Shown here in pieces: positions 18,895 through 29,316 of a stretch of DNA of 64,000 nucleotides. Numbering within the stretch: position 1 is the stretch's first letter; every line of letters starts with the position of its first letter. Under the pieces are notes generated by a model that had not been told where the DNA came from, ran no database searches, and saw nothing but the letters and a program-made list of their open reading frames with translations. Source of the stretch: Deltaproteobacteria bacterium (lineage in GTDB: Bacteria > JAGRBM01 > JAHCIT01); contig JAHCIT010000011.1 of assembly GCA_026129095.1 (NCBI GenBank), positions 1 through 64,000 on the forward strand. Direction: 5' to 3'. Position numbers and translations under genes: made by a program.

Positions 18895-19653
18895 TCAAAC
18901 ACGCCGAGAGACCTGTCCGCCAGCGGCGAACCGCGCCGCCATGAGCGGCGCGCCCGCTGCCTCTTCCAGCAGGTCAAGGGTGAAGCGGTCGATCTCGTCA
19001 AACAGCCTCGGCTCCACCCGCAACCGCTTCCACTGCGACGGAGGACGGGTTCTCAGCACCTCGAAACTTTTCAGCGCGGCAGGCGATATCCGGTCCTCCT
19101 TCGACACGGCCGTGCAGTAGCCGCACACCGGTCCCCGCGAAGCCCGGACGAACTTCCATGCCGTACGGACCAGGCTTCGGCCACATTCGACGCACCTTCC
19201 GAACGACGGTGCCAGTCCTTCACGGGCGAGCAGTTCAAACGAAACGGCCACCCTCACAGCCGCCACGTTCATCGCCGGGTCCCGGAGAAGGTCAAGCCCC
19301 TGGACCAGAAGGTCATACAGACCGGGAAGCGGCTCCCCAGCAGGAGCAAAACGGTCCACGAAATCGGCCCAGAGCGCAGCGGTAGCCAGCCGCTCGAAGT
19401 CCGGGAACCCCGCCGGTGTGCGACTTGAAGCTTCCACCCGCAACAGCAGCGTGCGATCGCTCCGGCCCGGCCGCCAGGCGGCATGAACCTCACGATAAAG
19501 ATCGAGTGCCACCCCGAACCGCTCGCGGGAGGCACGGGCCGACTTCGCCATGGCGGTGAGTTTCCCGTTTTCCCGGGTCAGCAGGGTGGCGATACGGTCC
19601 GATTCGCCCGAATCGTACAGACGGAGCACCAGTGCGTTATCCACCAGTTCCAC
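18895..19653 (-). CDS. recO: DNA repair protein RecO
   Basis: GESDRIATLLTRENGKLTAMAKSARAS N-terminus; CxxC...CxxC zinc finger. Confidence 0.92.
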   Translation of the reverse strand: MELVDNALVLRLYDSGESDRIATLLTRENGKLTAMAKSARASRERFGVALDLYREVHAAWRPGRSDRTLLLRVEASSRTPAGFPDFERLATAALWADFVDRFAPAGEPLPGLYDLLVQGLDLLRDPAMNVAAVRVAVSFELLAREGLAPSFGRCVECGRSLVRTAWKFVRASRGPVCGYCTAVSKEDRISPAALKSFEVLRTRPPSQWKRLRVEPRLFDEIDRFTLDLLEEAAGAPLMAARFAAGGQVSRRV

Positions 19654-19654
19654 C

Positions 19655-21052
19655 CTAGTTTGCCCTGCCCTTCAGGCCCTCTGCGCCGCCAATGGTTCGC
19701 CACCAGCGGTTGTGCATCTCGACCGAATCGATGCCGTAGACCTGCCGGAACGCGGCGTCCAGTTCCGCACCGGCAGCGAACGCATCGATCAGGGCCAGTA
19801 TATTCCGGCGGGGATAGGCCGTCGTCATGTATTTCACGAGGGAAAACGACTGCAGGTACAGCTGGGCGGCGGCCTCCGGCCCCAGAAAGTTCCAGCCGAT
19901 CGTACCCAGCATCGCAATCGACGGCGGAATCCAGCCCGCCGGAGGCCTGTAATTGTTCCATTTCCAAGTGGAGTTATCCGGCTCGGCAAGCTGCGCGAGC
20001 CCCTCATGCAGCCAGCGCGGGATACGGCTGTACCCCGTACCCGCCCGGTCATGGATCAGGGCATGCACGTATTCATGGTACAGGGTGTTGCGGGTGGCGG
20101 CATCAATCGAGGCCGCCTTCTCCGACGGCACCCGGATCTTCTGGCCGTCCCAGAACCCGCCGGACCAGTCCGGCGCGAATCCCTTTGCCGCCAGTTGCCG
20201 GTAACTGCCGCCCGTGAAGAGAATGATCGAGATCTTCTGCCGTGGCGTGTGATCCAGCAGACGCCCCACCTCACGCCAGGCCTGCTCCATGATCTGGAGA
20301 AGCTGGTAAGCGGCGGCGAGATTCACCGCGCCGTCGAACTCCACACGGAAATGCTCGCTCTCCCGGCCGGTATAGTTCCCCTTGATCGTCTGCTCGGACT
20401 CGATCCGTGAAAGGAGCGCCCGGGCGCCGGGATCGCCCGGCGAATACTGGAGCTGCTCGCGCAGGAAACGGATGGCGAGATCGTCCCGGTTCCGGCCGTG
20501 GTAAACCTGCCCGAGCGCGCCCGCAAAACCGCGGCTCGACCCTCCCCGGTCCACGTAGGCTTGCAGGTGTTTCACCGCGGAATAGCTGTCTCCGAGCTGG
20601 AGGCTCGCCATTCCCCATGGCCTCAGGTGGTCGGTGAAGGACGGACCCAGCGCGTCCAGCCTCTCGAATACGCGGATCGCCTCGGCCGGCTTCCCTTCGC
20701 CGAAGTAAAGCTGCATCCCCTCATAGAGAAGAAGGTAGGACTTGAGCTGGCCCAGCAGCACCGGATCGTCCGGGTAGAGCCGTTCCACATCGGCGTAATG
20801 TTTCCGTGCGGACGGGATATCCCGTGCCCGTATGGCTCCTCCCAGACCGCTCACCGCCTGCTGGAGTTCGTCGAAGTGTCCGGGCCGGATGCGGTCAAAC
20901 TCGAACACGGCCTCCGGACGCTGGTTGTCCGGATTCCCCGGTATCCGCAGACGCATCTGCGAGGCAGGCCCGGCCGGGGCCTGTGCATACAGGGACCCGG
21001 ACATGAGGGAAACCGCCATCAATGCGGCTGGCAGGCAGTACAAGCGAAACAA
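19655..21052 (-). CDS. Secreted TPR-containing peptidase MA-like (gluzincin) protein
   Basis: Signal-like N-terminus, TPR-like helices, HEYVH and PRWLHEGLA motifs. Confidence 0.8.
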   Translation of the reverse strand: MFRLYCLPAALMAVSLMSGSLYAQAPAGPASQMRLRIPGNPDNQRPEAVFEFDRIRPGHFDELQQAVSGLGGAIRARDIPSARKHYADVERLYPDDPVLLGQLKSYLLLYEGMQLYFGEGKPAEAIRVFERLDALGPSFTDHLRPWGMASLQLGDSYSAVKHLQAYVDRGGSSRGFAGALGQVYHGRNRDDLAIRFLREQLQYSPGDPGARALLSRIESEQTIKGNYTGRESEHFRVEFDGAVNLAAAYQLLQIMEQAWREVGRLLDHTPRQKISIILFTGGSYRQLAAKGFAPDWSGGFWDGQKIRVPSEKAASIDAATRNTLYHEYVHALIHDRAGTGYSRIPRWLHEGLAQLAEPDNSTWKWNNYRPPAGWIPPSIAMLGTIGWNFLGPEAAAQLYLQSFSLVKYMTTAYPRRNILALIDAFAAGAELDAAFRQVYGIDSVEMHNRWWRTIGGAEGLKGRAN

Positions 21053-21111
21053 TGCGGGAGGACTCCGTACGGGAAATCCTACCTGCCGGCGGCGGGAGCG
21101 GCCAGCGTCCG

Positions 21112-22647
21112 CTATTTCGCCACAGAGTTCAGTATCGTGATGATATTGTTCCGCTCCGGCATGTTCTCGTAGCGGATCACGATGTCGTCCCGGCGGTCAC
21201 GGTTCAGGTCCAGGGAATAGATGAAGAACGAGCAGGGCACCTTGTAGTGGTGCGCTTCCACTCCGAACTTCTGGGCGGTCGAGAGCGCAATGGTGAATTC
21301 GCCTGGCCCACGCGCCTGCATGAAATCGGGCCTGCCGTCACCGTTGAAATCGTTCCAGTACAGGAAGCTCGCCCCGAACGACGAGTTCGTCGGCTTGGTG
21401 CGGAAAGCGAAGCTCCAGCTGTCGGTATTCGTGGGCTTTTCCGGGAACCGGCCTGTCTTCGGATCGAAATGGTAATATTCGTAGCGGATCGCCAGCGTGC
21501 CCAGCGCGAGGAACCGGACGATCTGCGTGATGCTGAACGGGAAATACTGGATCACAAGGTCCGGATAGCCGTCATTGTTGAAGTCGCCCAGGCGGGTCGT
21601 CTCGGCAAAACCGTCCGTTACCCAGAAGTTGTCCGGCTTGGCCGGGAACTTGCCGCCGTCATTCAGGAATACCGATGTCTCCATCCCCACTTCCATCGCG
21701 GCGAGGTTGGTGATCTTGAGGCGCGTCGTCCAGGCATCCAGCAGGCCGTCCTTGTTGAAATCGGCAAGGAACACCCGGGTGACCGCCTGGAGACGCGAGT
21801 ATTTCAGGAAATCACTCAGCCTGAACACGTTGAGGCGTATTTCGCGGGGTTTCTCCTCGAACCGGCCGTCGCCCATCCCCCGGAACACAAAGAGCGAATC
21901 GAACTGGACGCTCGTCAGGTCGCCGATTCCGTCGCCGGTCATATCGCCGTACGTGATATCGGGGATATCCAGGGAGCCACGCACGGCGAGCTGGGAAACC
22001 CGGTTGATGATCACGTCGTTTTCCCAGTGGGAGCCCCAGAGGGTTCTCAGCGGAATCTCCAGATACTGCTGGCGCTGAAACGTGCCGTTCTTGCGGGTCC
22101 AGAGCGCGGATTTCTGGAAACCGGGGAGCAGGATGTCCAGCGTCCCATCGCCGTTCCAGTCGCGCACGAAGTCCCACGATACGGCCAGCGTGGGGTCGGC
22201 CCGCTGGAATATCGTCGTTTCCGTGACGAGCCGCACGGGCGTCTCGTCCAGCTTGCCGTCTTTCCAGGCCAGATACACGGCGCCGTCCGGGACCGCGAAC
22301 ACCACTTCTTCGCCGGGCGAATGGCTGTCCACCTCGCCCAGATCAATCACCACCGCCTCGTCAAAAAGACGGAATACCTGGTCCGGCTTCTCGGGGAACC
22401 GCCCCTCCGCCGTCCCCATGAAAATGTTCAGGTAGCGATACAGCTTGCGGGCGGCATCGTTCACCACGTTCGACACCGACACCATGTCAGTGAAACCGTC
22501 GCCGTTGATGTCGCCAAAGAGGCTGTTGCGGGCCTCTCCGCGGGTGTGATGCTCGGTTATCACGAACTCCGGCTTCGTGGAGGCGGCCGCCGGCACCGCC
22601 AGCAGCAGCACCAGAACCAGTCCCGTCAATGAGTAGTTATTCATCAA
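21112..22647 (-). CDS. Secreted FG-GAP/VCBS-repeat beta-propeller protein
   Basis: Signal peptide; seven DxNxDG-type motifs (GDINGDG, DWNGDG, GDMTGDG, DFNKDG, DFNNDG, DFNGDG, DLNRDR). Confidence 0.85.
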   Translation of the reverse strand: MMNNYSLTGLVLVLLLAVPAAASTKPEFVITEHHTRGEARNSLFGDINGDGFTDMVSVSNVVNDAARKLYRYLNIFMGTAEGRFPEKPDQVFRLFDEAVVIDLGEVDSHSPGEEVVFAVPDGAVYLAWKDGKLDETPVRLVTETTIFQRADPTLAVSWDFVRDWNGDGTLDILLPGFQKSALWTRKNGTFQRQQYLEIPLRTLWGSHWENDVIINRVSQLAVRGSLDIPDITYGDMTGDGIGDLTSVQFDSLFVFRGMGDGRFEEKPREIRLNVFRLSDFLKYSRLQAVTRVFLADFNKDGLLDAWTTRLKITNLAAMEVGMETSVFLNDGGKFPAKPDNFWVTDGFAETTRLGDFNNDGYPDLVIQYFPFSITQIVRFLALGTLAIRYEYYHFDPKTGRFPEKPTNTDSWSFAFRTKPTNSSFGASFLYWNDFNGDGRPDFMQARGPGEFTIALSTAQKFGVEAHHYKVPCSFFIYSLDLNRDRRDDIVIRYENMPERNNIITILNSVAK

Positions 22648-24239
22648 ACTGGCATCACCGGGCGCTTGCCCTCACGCATCATAACGGGCGAGTCGAGCGA
22701 AAGTTTCAGTTCGGCCGCCAGACGCGGACGGACCTGCTCGGGTTCAAGGATTTCATCGATCCACCCGCGCGAGGCGGCATACTCCACCGTGACCGTGCGA
22801 TCATGCCGCTCGACCGTCTCGCGCATTTCGGTCTCGATCTGCTCCCGTGCGGCGCCTTCGGCACCGGCAAGCTTTTCACCGAACACCACCTGCCCCACCT
22901 GGGAAGAGGCCATGACGGCGATCTCCGCCCACGGCAGGCCGAAGATTCGCCGCGGCCCGAATGCGGTCCCGCACATGGCATAGTAACCCGCGCCGTAGGC
23001 TTTCCTCACCACGACCGTCAGCTTCGGCACCGTCGCCCGGGCGAGGTTCTGGATCATGCGGGCGCCAGCGTGGATGATCCCCCGGTGCTCGGCCTTTGAT
23101 CCCACCATGAACCCCGGCACGTCCTGGAAGAACAGGAGCGGGACATTGAACGAATCGCAGAGCGAGATGAACCACGCCGTCTTGTCGGCCGCCAGGGTGT
23201 CGATGACGCCGCCATAGAAGTTAGGCTGGTTGGCGACAATACCCACCGGAAAGCCGTCCAGCCGGGCAAAACCAGTCAGCATCTGGCGTGCATAACGCGG
23301 CCTGAGCTCAAACCACGAATCCCGGTCAGTGATGGCCGTGACAATCTTCCGCATGTCGTAGACCTTGCGGGTGTCCTCTGGCACGACAGCGGCGATTTCG
23401 CCCGTCGTGCGGAGCGGATCGTCGCCCGTCTCCAAGCGGGGAGCGGGCATGGTGTGGTTCGTGGGCAGATAGGAAAGGAACTTCCGGATCGCCTCGATGC
23501 AGGCCTCGTCGCTCTCGACTTCAAGATCGCCGACACCGGACAGCTCGCAGTGCACCTTTGAACCGCCGAGGTCCTGCTCGCTGATCTCCTCGCCCACGGC
23601 CGCTTTCGCCAGCTTCGGCCCGGCCAGGAACGCCGACGAACGGCCCTTCACGAATGGCGAGAAATCGGCGAGTCCAGGCACATATCCGCCGCCAGCCACG
23701 CAGGGACCGAACACCCCGGCCACCTGCGGGAAAATGCCGGAGTAGAGCGACATGCGGTTAAAGATGTCGCCCGCGTGGTTGTGGTCAGGGAAAACGTGGT
23801 CCTGCTCTGGCAGGAACGCCCCCGCGCAGTCCACCAAAAACACCGTCGGAATCCGCTGCTTGTGGGCGTAGTCCTGCGCCTTGAGGATTTTCTGTATGGT
23901 TTCCGGGTACCAGGCTCCCGCCTTCACGTCGTTCAGGTTGGCGATGATGACCGCTGGCCGGCCGCCGACAAGACCCCAGCCGGTGAGCACACCGGCACGC
24001 GGGATGTCCCGTGCCGAGGCCATGTACCGGTTCATTTCATGGAACGAGCCCTTGTCGAACAGGAGCTGGGCCCGCTCGGTGGCCAGGAGCTTCCCGCGCT
24101 CATGCTGGCGGGCGATGTTCTTCTCGCCGCCGCCAGCCTCCACCCGCCGGCCCAGATCATCAAGTCTTGCCTTCTTCTCCGCGTACGTCGCGGCCTCCCT
24201 GATCGTCGGCCTCGGTTTGTCTGGTTTCCGGCTGGTCAT
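22644..24239 (-). CDS. Acyl-CoA carboxylase carboxyltransferase (beta) subunit
   Basis: GPCVAGGGY, DLGG, DVPGFMVG, RKAYGAG. GAGGAG SD precedes the ATG at 24239. Confidence 0.92.
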   Translation of the reverse strand: MTSRKPDKPRPTIREAATYAEKKARLDDLGRRVEAGGGEKNIARQHERGKLLATERAQLLFDKGSFHEMNRYMASARDIPRAGVLTGWGLVGGRPAVIIANLNDVKAGAWYPETIQKILKAQDYAHKQRIPTVFLVDCAGAFLPEQDHVFPDHNHAGDIFNRMSLYSGIFPQVAGVFGPCVAGGGYVPGLADFSPFVKGRSSAFLAGPKLAKAAVGEEISEQDLGGSKVHCELSGVGDLEVESDEACIEAIRKFLSYLPTNHTMPAPRLETGDDPLRTTGEIAAVVPEDTRKVYDMRKIVTAITDRDSWFELRPRYARQMLTGFARLDGFPVGIVANQPNFYGGVIDTLAADKTAWFISLCDSFNVPLLFFQDVPGFMVGSKAEHRGIIHAGARMIQNLARATVPKLTVVVRKAYGAGYYAMCGTAFGPRRIFGLPWAEIAVMASSQVGQVVFGEKLAGAEGAAREQIETEMRETVERHDRTVTVEYAASRGWIDEILEPEQVRPRLAAELKLSLDSPVMMREGKRPVMPV

Positions 24240-24363
24240 CGCGTGGACTGGCTCCTCATGGACTTCGAGTGGCGAAGCGTGGCGACGGTAGCCGGAAAGA
24301 GGCGGGGCACCAAACGGCCGGCGGCTCCGGCCGGACAAACGGGACAAATCGGCCCTGAACGGT

Positions 24364-25284
24364 CTACTCGATCCCCGTTGCGGCCTGCTCACGGACCTGC
24401 TGGGCGCGTTTCATCTCGGCTTCCAGGGTCTTCTTGATCTCCCTGAAGTCCATTTCCGGCTCGGCATGCTGTCTCCAGCCGGGAGCATCACCGCCCACTG
24501 GTTCGCCAGGAAAGCTGCCGGTTTCGGCCGCAGACCCGTTTCCGGCCAGGTCGCCCGAAACCGGAGCACCCGCTGAAAGCCCGGCTCTCCGTGCATCCAG
24601 GCCGGTTACAGATGAAAAGCTGACCGTCCCGCCACGCGCCTTGCGGGATTCCAGAAAGAGGCCGACAGCCGAATCGAGACGCGAGGCATAACCGCTGATG
24701 ACCGTATTGGCCACGATCAGCGCCGCCGCCACGAACACCACGGTCAGCTTGATCATGAGATCAGCCTTCTGGAACCGGTCAATCAGGATGAATGCGATCA
24801 CACCGACCACAAGGCCAAAGAGAATCGTGCCGAGTGTCCATTTGCCGGAGCCAACGTCGTGCCTCACCGACAGCAGGTTCCACGAGAACTCCGGCATCTT
24901 CGCCGCCACATCCAGCGACTTCAGTTCGAGGGAAGTCGGCAGCCGCGGAAGCGTGAAACCGAAGGCGGGACGAATGGCGGGACCGGCGTCCGGCTTTGAC
25001 ATTTCGACTCTGATTTCGGGGGATGGCACCGGCAGCGCGTCAGCCGGAGCGGCTTCCAGTTCCACCTGCTCCAGATGCCGGCTTTCTTCCGATCTCAGAT
25101 CAATCGCCTGTCCACGGTATCTGGCGGGGATATCCTCCCTATGCCGGACCTGGTGCCGCTTCCCGTGCTCGTCAAAATACTGCCAGTCGGCCAGGGCTGG
25201 GGTGGCCGTCAGGACAAAAAGCGACAGCACCAACGCCGCCGCCCAGACGGACCTTTTCGAAATATCCCCGCCCCACCCCGGCAT
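24364..25284 (-). CDS. Hypothetical membrane protein with N-terminal DUF4124-like segment
   Basis: Signal peptide, WQYFDEHGKRH...IPARYR motif, two TM helices. Confidence 0.7.
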   Translation of the reverse strand: MPGWGGDISKRSVWAAALVLSLFVLTATPALADWQYFDEHGKRHQVRHREDIPARYRGQAIDLRSEESRHLEQVELEAAPADALPVPSPEIRVEMSKPDAGPAIRPAFGFTLPRLPTSLELKSLDVAAKMPEFSWNLLSVRHDVGSGKWTLGTILFGLVVGVIAFILIDRFQKADLMIKLTVVFVAAALIVANTVISGYASRLDSAVGLFLESRKARGGTVSFSSVTGLDARRAGLSAGAPVSGDLAGNGSAAETGSFPGEPVGGDAPGWRQHAEPEMDFREIKKTLEAEMKRAQQVREQAATGIE

Positions 25285-25316
25285 GAACGCTCCCGTGCAA
25301 AATGCAGAATCATGCG

Positions 25317-25345
25317 ATTCTCCCCCGTTGTCTTCGGGGTGTCAA
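25317..25345 (-). promoter_or_regulatory. Sigma70-type promoter
   Basis: TTGACA (25345-25340), 17-nt spacer, GAGAAT (25322-25317). Confidence 0.5.
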
Positions 25346-25385
25346 GAATGAAGCCTTGTGGGAACCGGAGCCGGGCTGCTGGGGA

Positions 25386-26513
25386 TCAGCTCCGGAAGTT
25401 GCTGAAGAACCCCTTGTCGTCGTCACCGACCGCCTCGCCTGACTCCTCGGCGAACTCCTTGAGCAGCTTCTTCTGGCGGGCAGTGAGCTTCTTCGGGACG
25501 TGGATCTCGATGGTGACCAGCAGATCGCCCTTGCCGTACTCGTTCAGGCGCGGAATGCCCTTCCCCTTCAGGCGGAAAGTCTGCCCGCTCACCGAGCCGG
25601 CGGGTATTTTCAGCTGGGCCCGGCCATCGAGCGTCGGCACGTCCAGTTCGCCACCCATGGCGGCCATCGGGAAGGTGATCTTCCGGTGGAGGTGGAGATC
25701 ATAACCGTCACGCTCGAATTCGGGATGCGGCATCACGTCCAGCACCACGTACAGGTCGCCGGGATACCCCCCCTTGCCGGGTGGCAGGTCGCCTTCGCCG
25801 CTCAGCTTGAGATGGGTTCCCGTGTCCACGCCCGCCGGGATTCGGACTTCCAGGCGGCGGCGGATTTCGGTCATCCCGCTGCCACGGCACTTTTCACACT
25901 TTTCGCGGATCACCTGTCCCTCGCCCCCACAGGTGGTGCAGGTCCGCTGCATCGTGAAGAAGCCCTGCTGGAAGCGAAGCTGGCCGCTGCCGTGGCATGA
26001 TGCACAGATTTCCGGCTTGGTCCCGGTCTTTGCGCCGTTCCCGCCACAGGTCTCGCATCCGATGGCACGGGGAATATCGATCGTTTCGGTCCCGCCGAAG
26101 ACGGCCGTCTCGAAGGGGATGGTCAGCCGGTAACGGAGATCCTGCCCCCGTCGTGGACGGTGCTGCTGCTGGCGGGCACGGCCCCCGGCGGCTCCCCCGA
26201 ACAGGTCGCTGAAAATATCGCCGAAAACATCCCCGAACGGTCCGCCCCCGCGGAAATCGAACCCGCCAGGGCTGCCCCCCGCACCCCGGTCGAATGCGGC
26301 ATGGCCAAACTGGTCGTACTGGCTCTTCTTTTCGGGGTCCGAAAGGACGGCATAGGCCTCCTGAATCCCCTTGAACTTCTCCTCGGCGGCCTTGTCGCCG
26401 GGGTTCTTGTCCGGATGGTACTTGAGGGCGAGCTTGCGGTAAGCGCTCTTTATTTCGGCCTCGCTGGCCGACCGGGATACTCCCAAAGCCTCGTAATAGT
26501 CCTGCTTGCTCAT
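25386..26513 (-). CDS. dnaJ: Chaperone DnaJ
   Basis: HPD J-domain, G/F-rich region, four CxxCxGxG repeats. Start MSKQDYY at 26513. Confidence 0.97.
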   Translation of the reverse strand: MSKQDYYEALGVSRSASEAEIKSAYRKLALKYHPDKNPGDKAAEEKFKGIQEAYAVLSDPEKKSQYDQFGHAAFDRGAGGSPGGFDFRGGGPFGDVFGDIFSDLFGGAAGGRARQQQHRPRRGQDLRYRLTIPFETAVFGGTETIDIPRAIGCETCGGNGAKTGTKPEICASCHGSGQLRFQQGFFTMQRTCTTCGGEGQVIREKCEKCRGSGMTEIRRRLEVRIPAGVDTGTHLKLSGEGDLPPGKGGYPGDLYVVLDVMPHPEFERDGYDLHLHRKITFPMAAMGGELDVPTLDGRAQLKIPAGSVSGQTFRLKGKGIPRLNEYGKGDLLVTIEIHVPKKLTARQKKLLKEFAEESGEAVGDDDKGFFSNFRS

Positions 26514-26617
26514 ATCCGGTCTGCCCCGGCTTCTCCCGGCAGGGCACAGCCCTTCCGTCGCCCCGGGAGGGGGCATGCACAATCAAACCATCGTTTCTGC
26601 CGGGTCAAGACCAGCCT

Positions 26618-28441
26618 TCAGGATTCCTTCGAAGCGGCCGCATAAAGGGCCTCGGTCACCTTGTGGGATGCCTGCTGGAGGGCTTCGTAGGCGGATTTCA
26701 GCTTCATCGCATCGCCCGTATCCCGGGCCGCCTGGAGCATGCTGATCAGTTCCTTCAGATGGGAAGCGTCCGAGGGATCGAGGATATCCCCCGCCTCGTT
26801 CACCAGCTTGTCGGCCTGGTACAGCAGGCCGTCGGCCTCGTTCTTCATCTCGATGAACTTCACCCGCTCTTCGTCGCTCGCCCTGGCCTTCTCGGCCTCG
26901 GAGACGAGATTGCTGATTTCGTCGGCGCTCAGGCCCGAGGCAGCGGTAATCCGGATCGACTGTTTCTTGCCGGTCCCGAGATCAGCCGCCGACACCTGCA
27001 CGATGCCGTTGGCATCGATATCGAATGCCACCTCGATCTGGGGAACGCCGCGCGGGGCGGGCGGAATGCCTACCAGCTCGAAATTACCCAGGAGCTTGTT
27101 GTCGGCGGCGAGGGGCCGCTCGCCCTGGAAAACCTTGACCGTCACGACGGGCTGGTTGTCCTGCGCGGTCGAGAAGACCTGCGATTTCCGGGTCGGAATG
27201 GTGGTGTTCTTCTCGATGATCTTGGTGAATACGCCACCGGCGGTCTCGACGCCCAGCGACAGCGGGGTCACGTCCAGCAGAAGCACGTCCTTTACCGCGC
27301 CGGTGAGTATCGCTCCCTGAATCGCCGCCCCAATGGCAACAGCCTCATCGGGATTGACGCTCCGGTTCGGTTCCTTGCCGAATATCTCCTTGACCTTGGC
27401 CTGGACCTTCGGCATCCGGGTCATGCCGCCCACGAGCAGCACTGTGTCGATCTGGGCGGCGGTGAGCCCCGCGTCCTTGATGGCCATTTCGCAGGGGGGA
27501 ATCAGCCGGTCGATGAGATCGCTGACCATCTTCTCGAACTCGGCACGCTCCAGCGTGTAGTTCATGTGCTTGGGGCCCGACTTGTCGGCGCAGATGAACG
27601 GCAGGTTGATGATCGCTTCATTGGCGGTGGAAAGCTCATGCTTGGCCTTTTCGGCCCCTTCCGACAGCCGCTGCAGCGCCATGCGGTCCTTGCGCAAATC
27701 AATCCCGGTTTCTTTCTGGAACTTGGCGATGAGCCAGTCGATGATGCGGAGATCGAAATCCTCGCCGCCCAGGAACGTATCGCCATTGGTGGACTTTACA
27801 TTGAAAACGCCGTCCGACAGTTCGAGAACGGAAATATCGAACGTGCCACCGCCAAGGTCGAACACGGCGACCTTTTCTTCCCTGCCCTGCTTGTCAAGGC
27901 CGTAGGCCAGCGCGGCCGCCGTGGGCTCGTTGATCACACGCAGCACATCAAGACCGGAAATCTTGCCCGCATCCTTGGTCGCCTGCCGCTGCGCATCGTT
28001 GAAGTAGGCCGGACAGGTGATGACCGCCTTGGAGACTTCCTCCCCGAGATAGTCCTCGGCCGTGGATTTCATCTTCTGGAGCACCATCGCCGAAATCTCG
28101 GCAGGTGCATACTGCCGGCCCCGGGCCTCGACCCAGGCGTCCCCGTTGGCATGCTCGATAATCTTGAAAGGCGCGATGTCCTTGGTCTTCTGGACTTCCT
28201 GGTCGGTGAAGCGCCGGCCCACGAGCCGCTTCGTCACGTAAATCGTATGTTCGGAGTTGGTGACCGCCTGCCGCTTGGCCACCTGCCCGACAAGCCGTTC
28301 ACCCGATTCGGTAAAACCGACGATGGAAGGCGTCGTCCGTGCGCCCTCGGAGTTGGCGATCACGACAGGCCCCGAACCCTCCATAATCGCGACGCAGGAG
28401 TTCGTCGTCCCCAGATCAATGCCGATAACCTTATCGCCCAT
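26618..28441 (-). CDS. dnaK: Chaperone DnaK
   Basis: [38 protein letters not shown]. Confidence 0.98.
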   Translation of the reverse strand: MGDKVIGIDLGTTNSCVAIMEGSGPVVIANSEGARTTPSIVGFTESGERLVGQVAKRQAVTNSEHTIYVTKRLVGRRFTDQEVQKTKDIAPFKIIEHANGDAWVEARGRQYAPAEISAMVLQKMKSTAEDYLGEEVSKAVITCPAYFNDAQRQATKDAGKISGLDVLRVINEPTAAALAYGLDKQGREEKVAVFDLGGGTFDISVLELSDGVFNVKSTNGDTFLGGEDFDLRIIDWLIAKFQKETGIDLRKDRMALQRLSEGAEKAKHELSTANEAIINLPFICADKSGPKHMNYTLERAEFEKMVSDLIDRLIPPCEMAIKDAGLTAAQIDTVLLVGGMTRMPKVQAKVKEIFGKEPNRSVNPDEAVAIGAAIQGAILTGAVKDVLLLDVTPLSLGVETAGGVFTKIIEKNTTIPTRKSQVFSTAQDNQPVVTVKVFQGERPLAADNKLLGNFELVGIPPAPRGVPQIEVAFDIDANGIVQVSAADLGTGKKQSIRITAASGLSADEISNLVSEAEKARASDEERVKFIEMKNEADGLLYQADKLVNEAGDILDPSDASHLKELISMLQAARDTGDAMKLKSAYEALQQASHKVTEALYAAASKES

Positions 28442-28480
28442 TCAAAGGGTTCCTGGCCTCTTCTCCCGCCACATCGCGGG

Positions 28481-29254
28481 TCATGACGAACTTTCGGACG
28501 AAGGGGTATCTGGACCGTTTCCGGATGATACACCATCTCCGTCGGCGGCTACCGTAGCCGCTCCCGCCTGCGGTGCAGGCACCTTGGAAACCCCCACAAG
28601 CGCCGGTCTTAGCAGCTTTTCATAGATCATGTATCCTTTTTGATACAAATCAACCACCTGGCTGGGCGGCACGTCGTCCCGCTCGATCTGCTGCATTGCC
28701 TGGTGAATGGCCGGGTCAAAGGCCGCACCGATGCCGGGAACCGGCTTGATACCGTATTTCTCGAACGCCTGCTGGAACAGGGTAGCCGTCATCTGGATGC
28801 CGGTAAGAAACTGCTGCACGGCCGGATCTTCAGGCAGGTTGCCGGCATGTTCGAGGGCCCGCTGGAAGTTGTCCAGCACCTGAAGCGCCTCGGAGGCGAA
28901 CTTTTCATGTCCGAACCGGATGAGGTCCAGCCGGTCCTTCTGCGTGCGCTTGCGGAAGTTTTCCTGGTCGGCGAGCGAGCGCTTGTATTTGTCGTCTGCT
29001 TCTTTCAGCGCCGCCTGGGCCGCCTCCAGATCCTTCGCCATTGACTCGATCTGGGCTTGCATCGCCTGAACCATGGCGGAATCGGGCGGCGGATCGTCCG
29101 CGGCACCGGTACCAGGGACGTCGCCCGTATCGATTTCGACACCCGCCGGCTCGTCTGCGTTCGGCCCGGTCTCGCCTTTGTGCTCGCGGCTGATCCGCTC
29201 AACGCTCTGCAGCGCTTCGCGCATCAGTTCTTCAGGATCAACAGTCTTCGACAA
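28481..29254 (-). CDS. grpE: Nucleotide exchange factor GrpE
   Basis: ADQENFRKR, FDPAIHQA, KGY...LLRPALV. Confidence 0.95.
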   Translation of the reverse strand: MSKTVDPEELMREALQSVERISREHKGETGPNADEPAGVEIDTGDVPGTGAADDPPPDSAMVQAMQAQIESMAKDLEAAQAALKEADDKYKRSLADQENFRKRTQKDRLDLIRFGHEKFASEALQVLDNFQRALEHAGNLPEDPAVQQFLTGIQMTATLFQQAFEKYGIKPVPGIGAAFDPAIHQAMQQIERDDVPPSQVVDLYQKGYMIYEKLLRPALVGVSKVPAPQAGAATVAADGDGVSSGNGPDTPSSESSS

Positions 29255-29316
29255 GTTCTTGTGCTCCCTGCTTCCCGGACTGCCGGTTCGAAACCGTTTA
29301 CCAGATTAAATGCGGT

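Noticed and set aside
26663..28486. 607-aa ORF antisense to dnaK
   Set aside because: Well-known shadow ORF opposite dnaK, explained by codon bias; no independent support.
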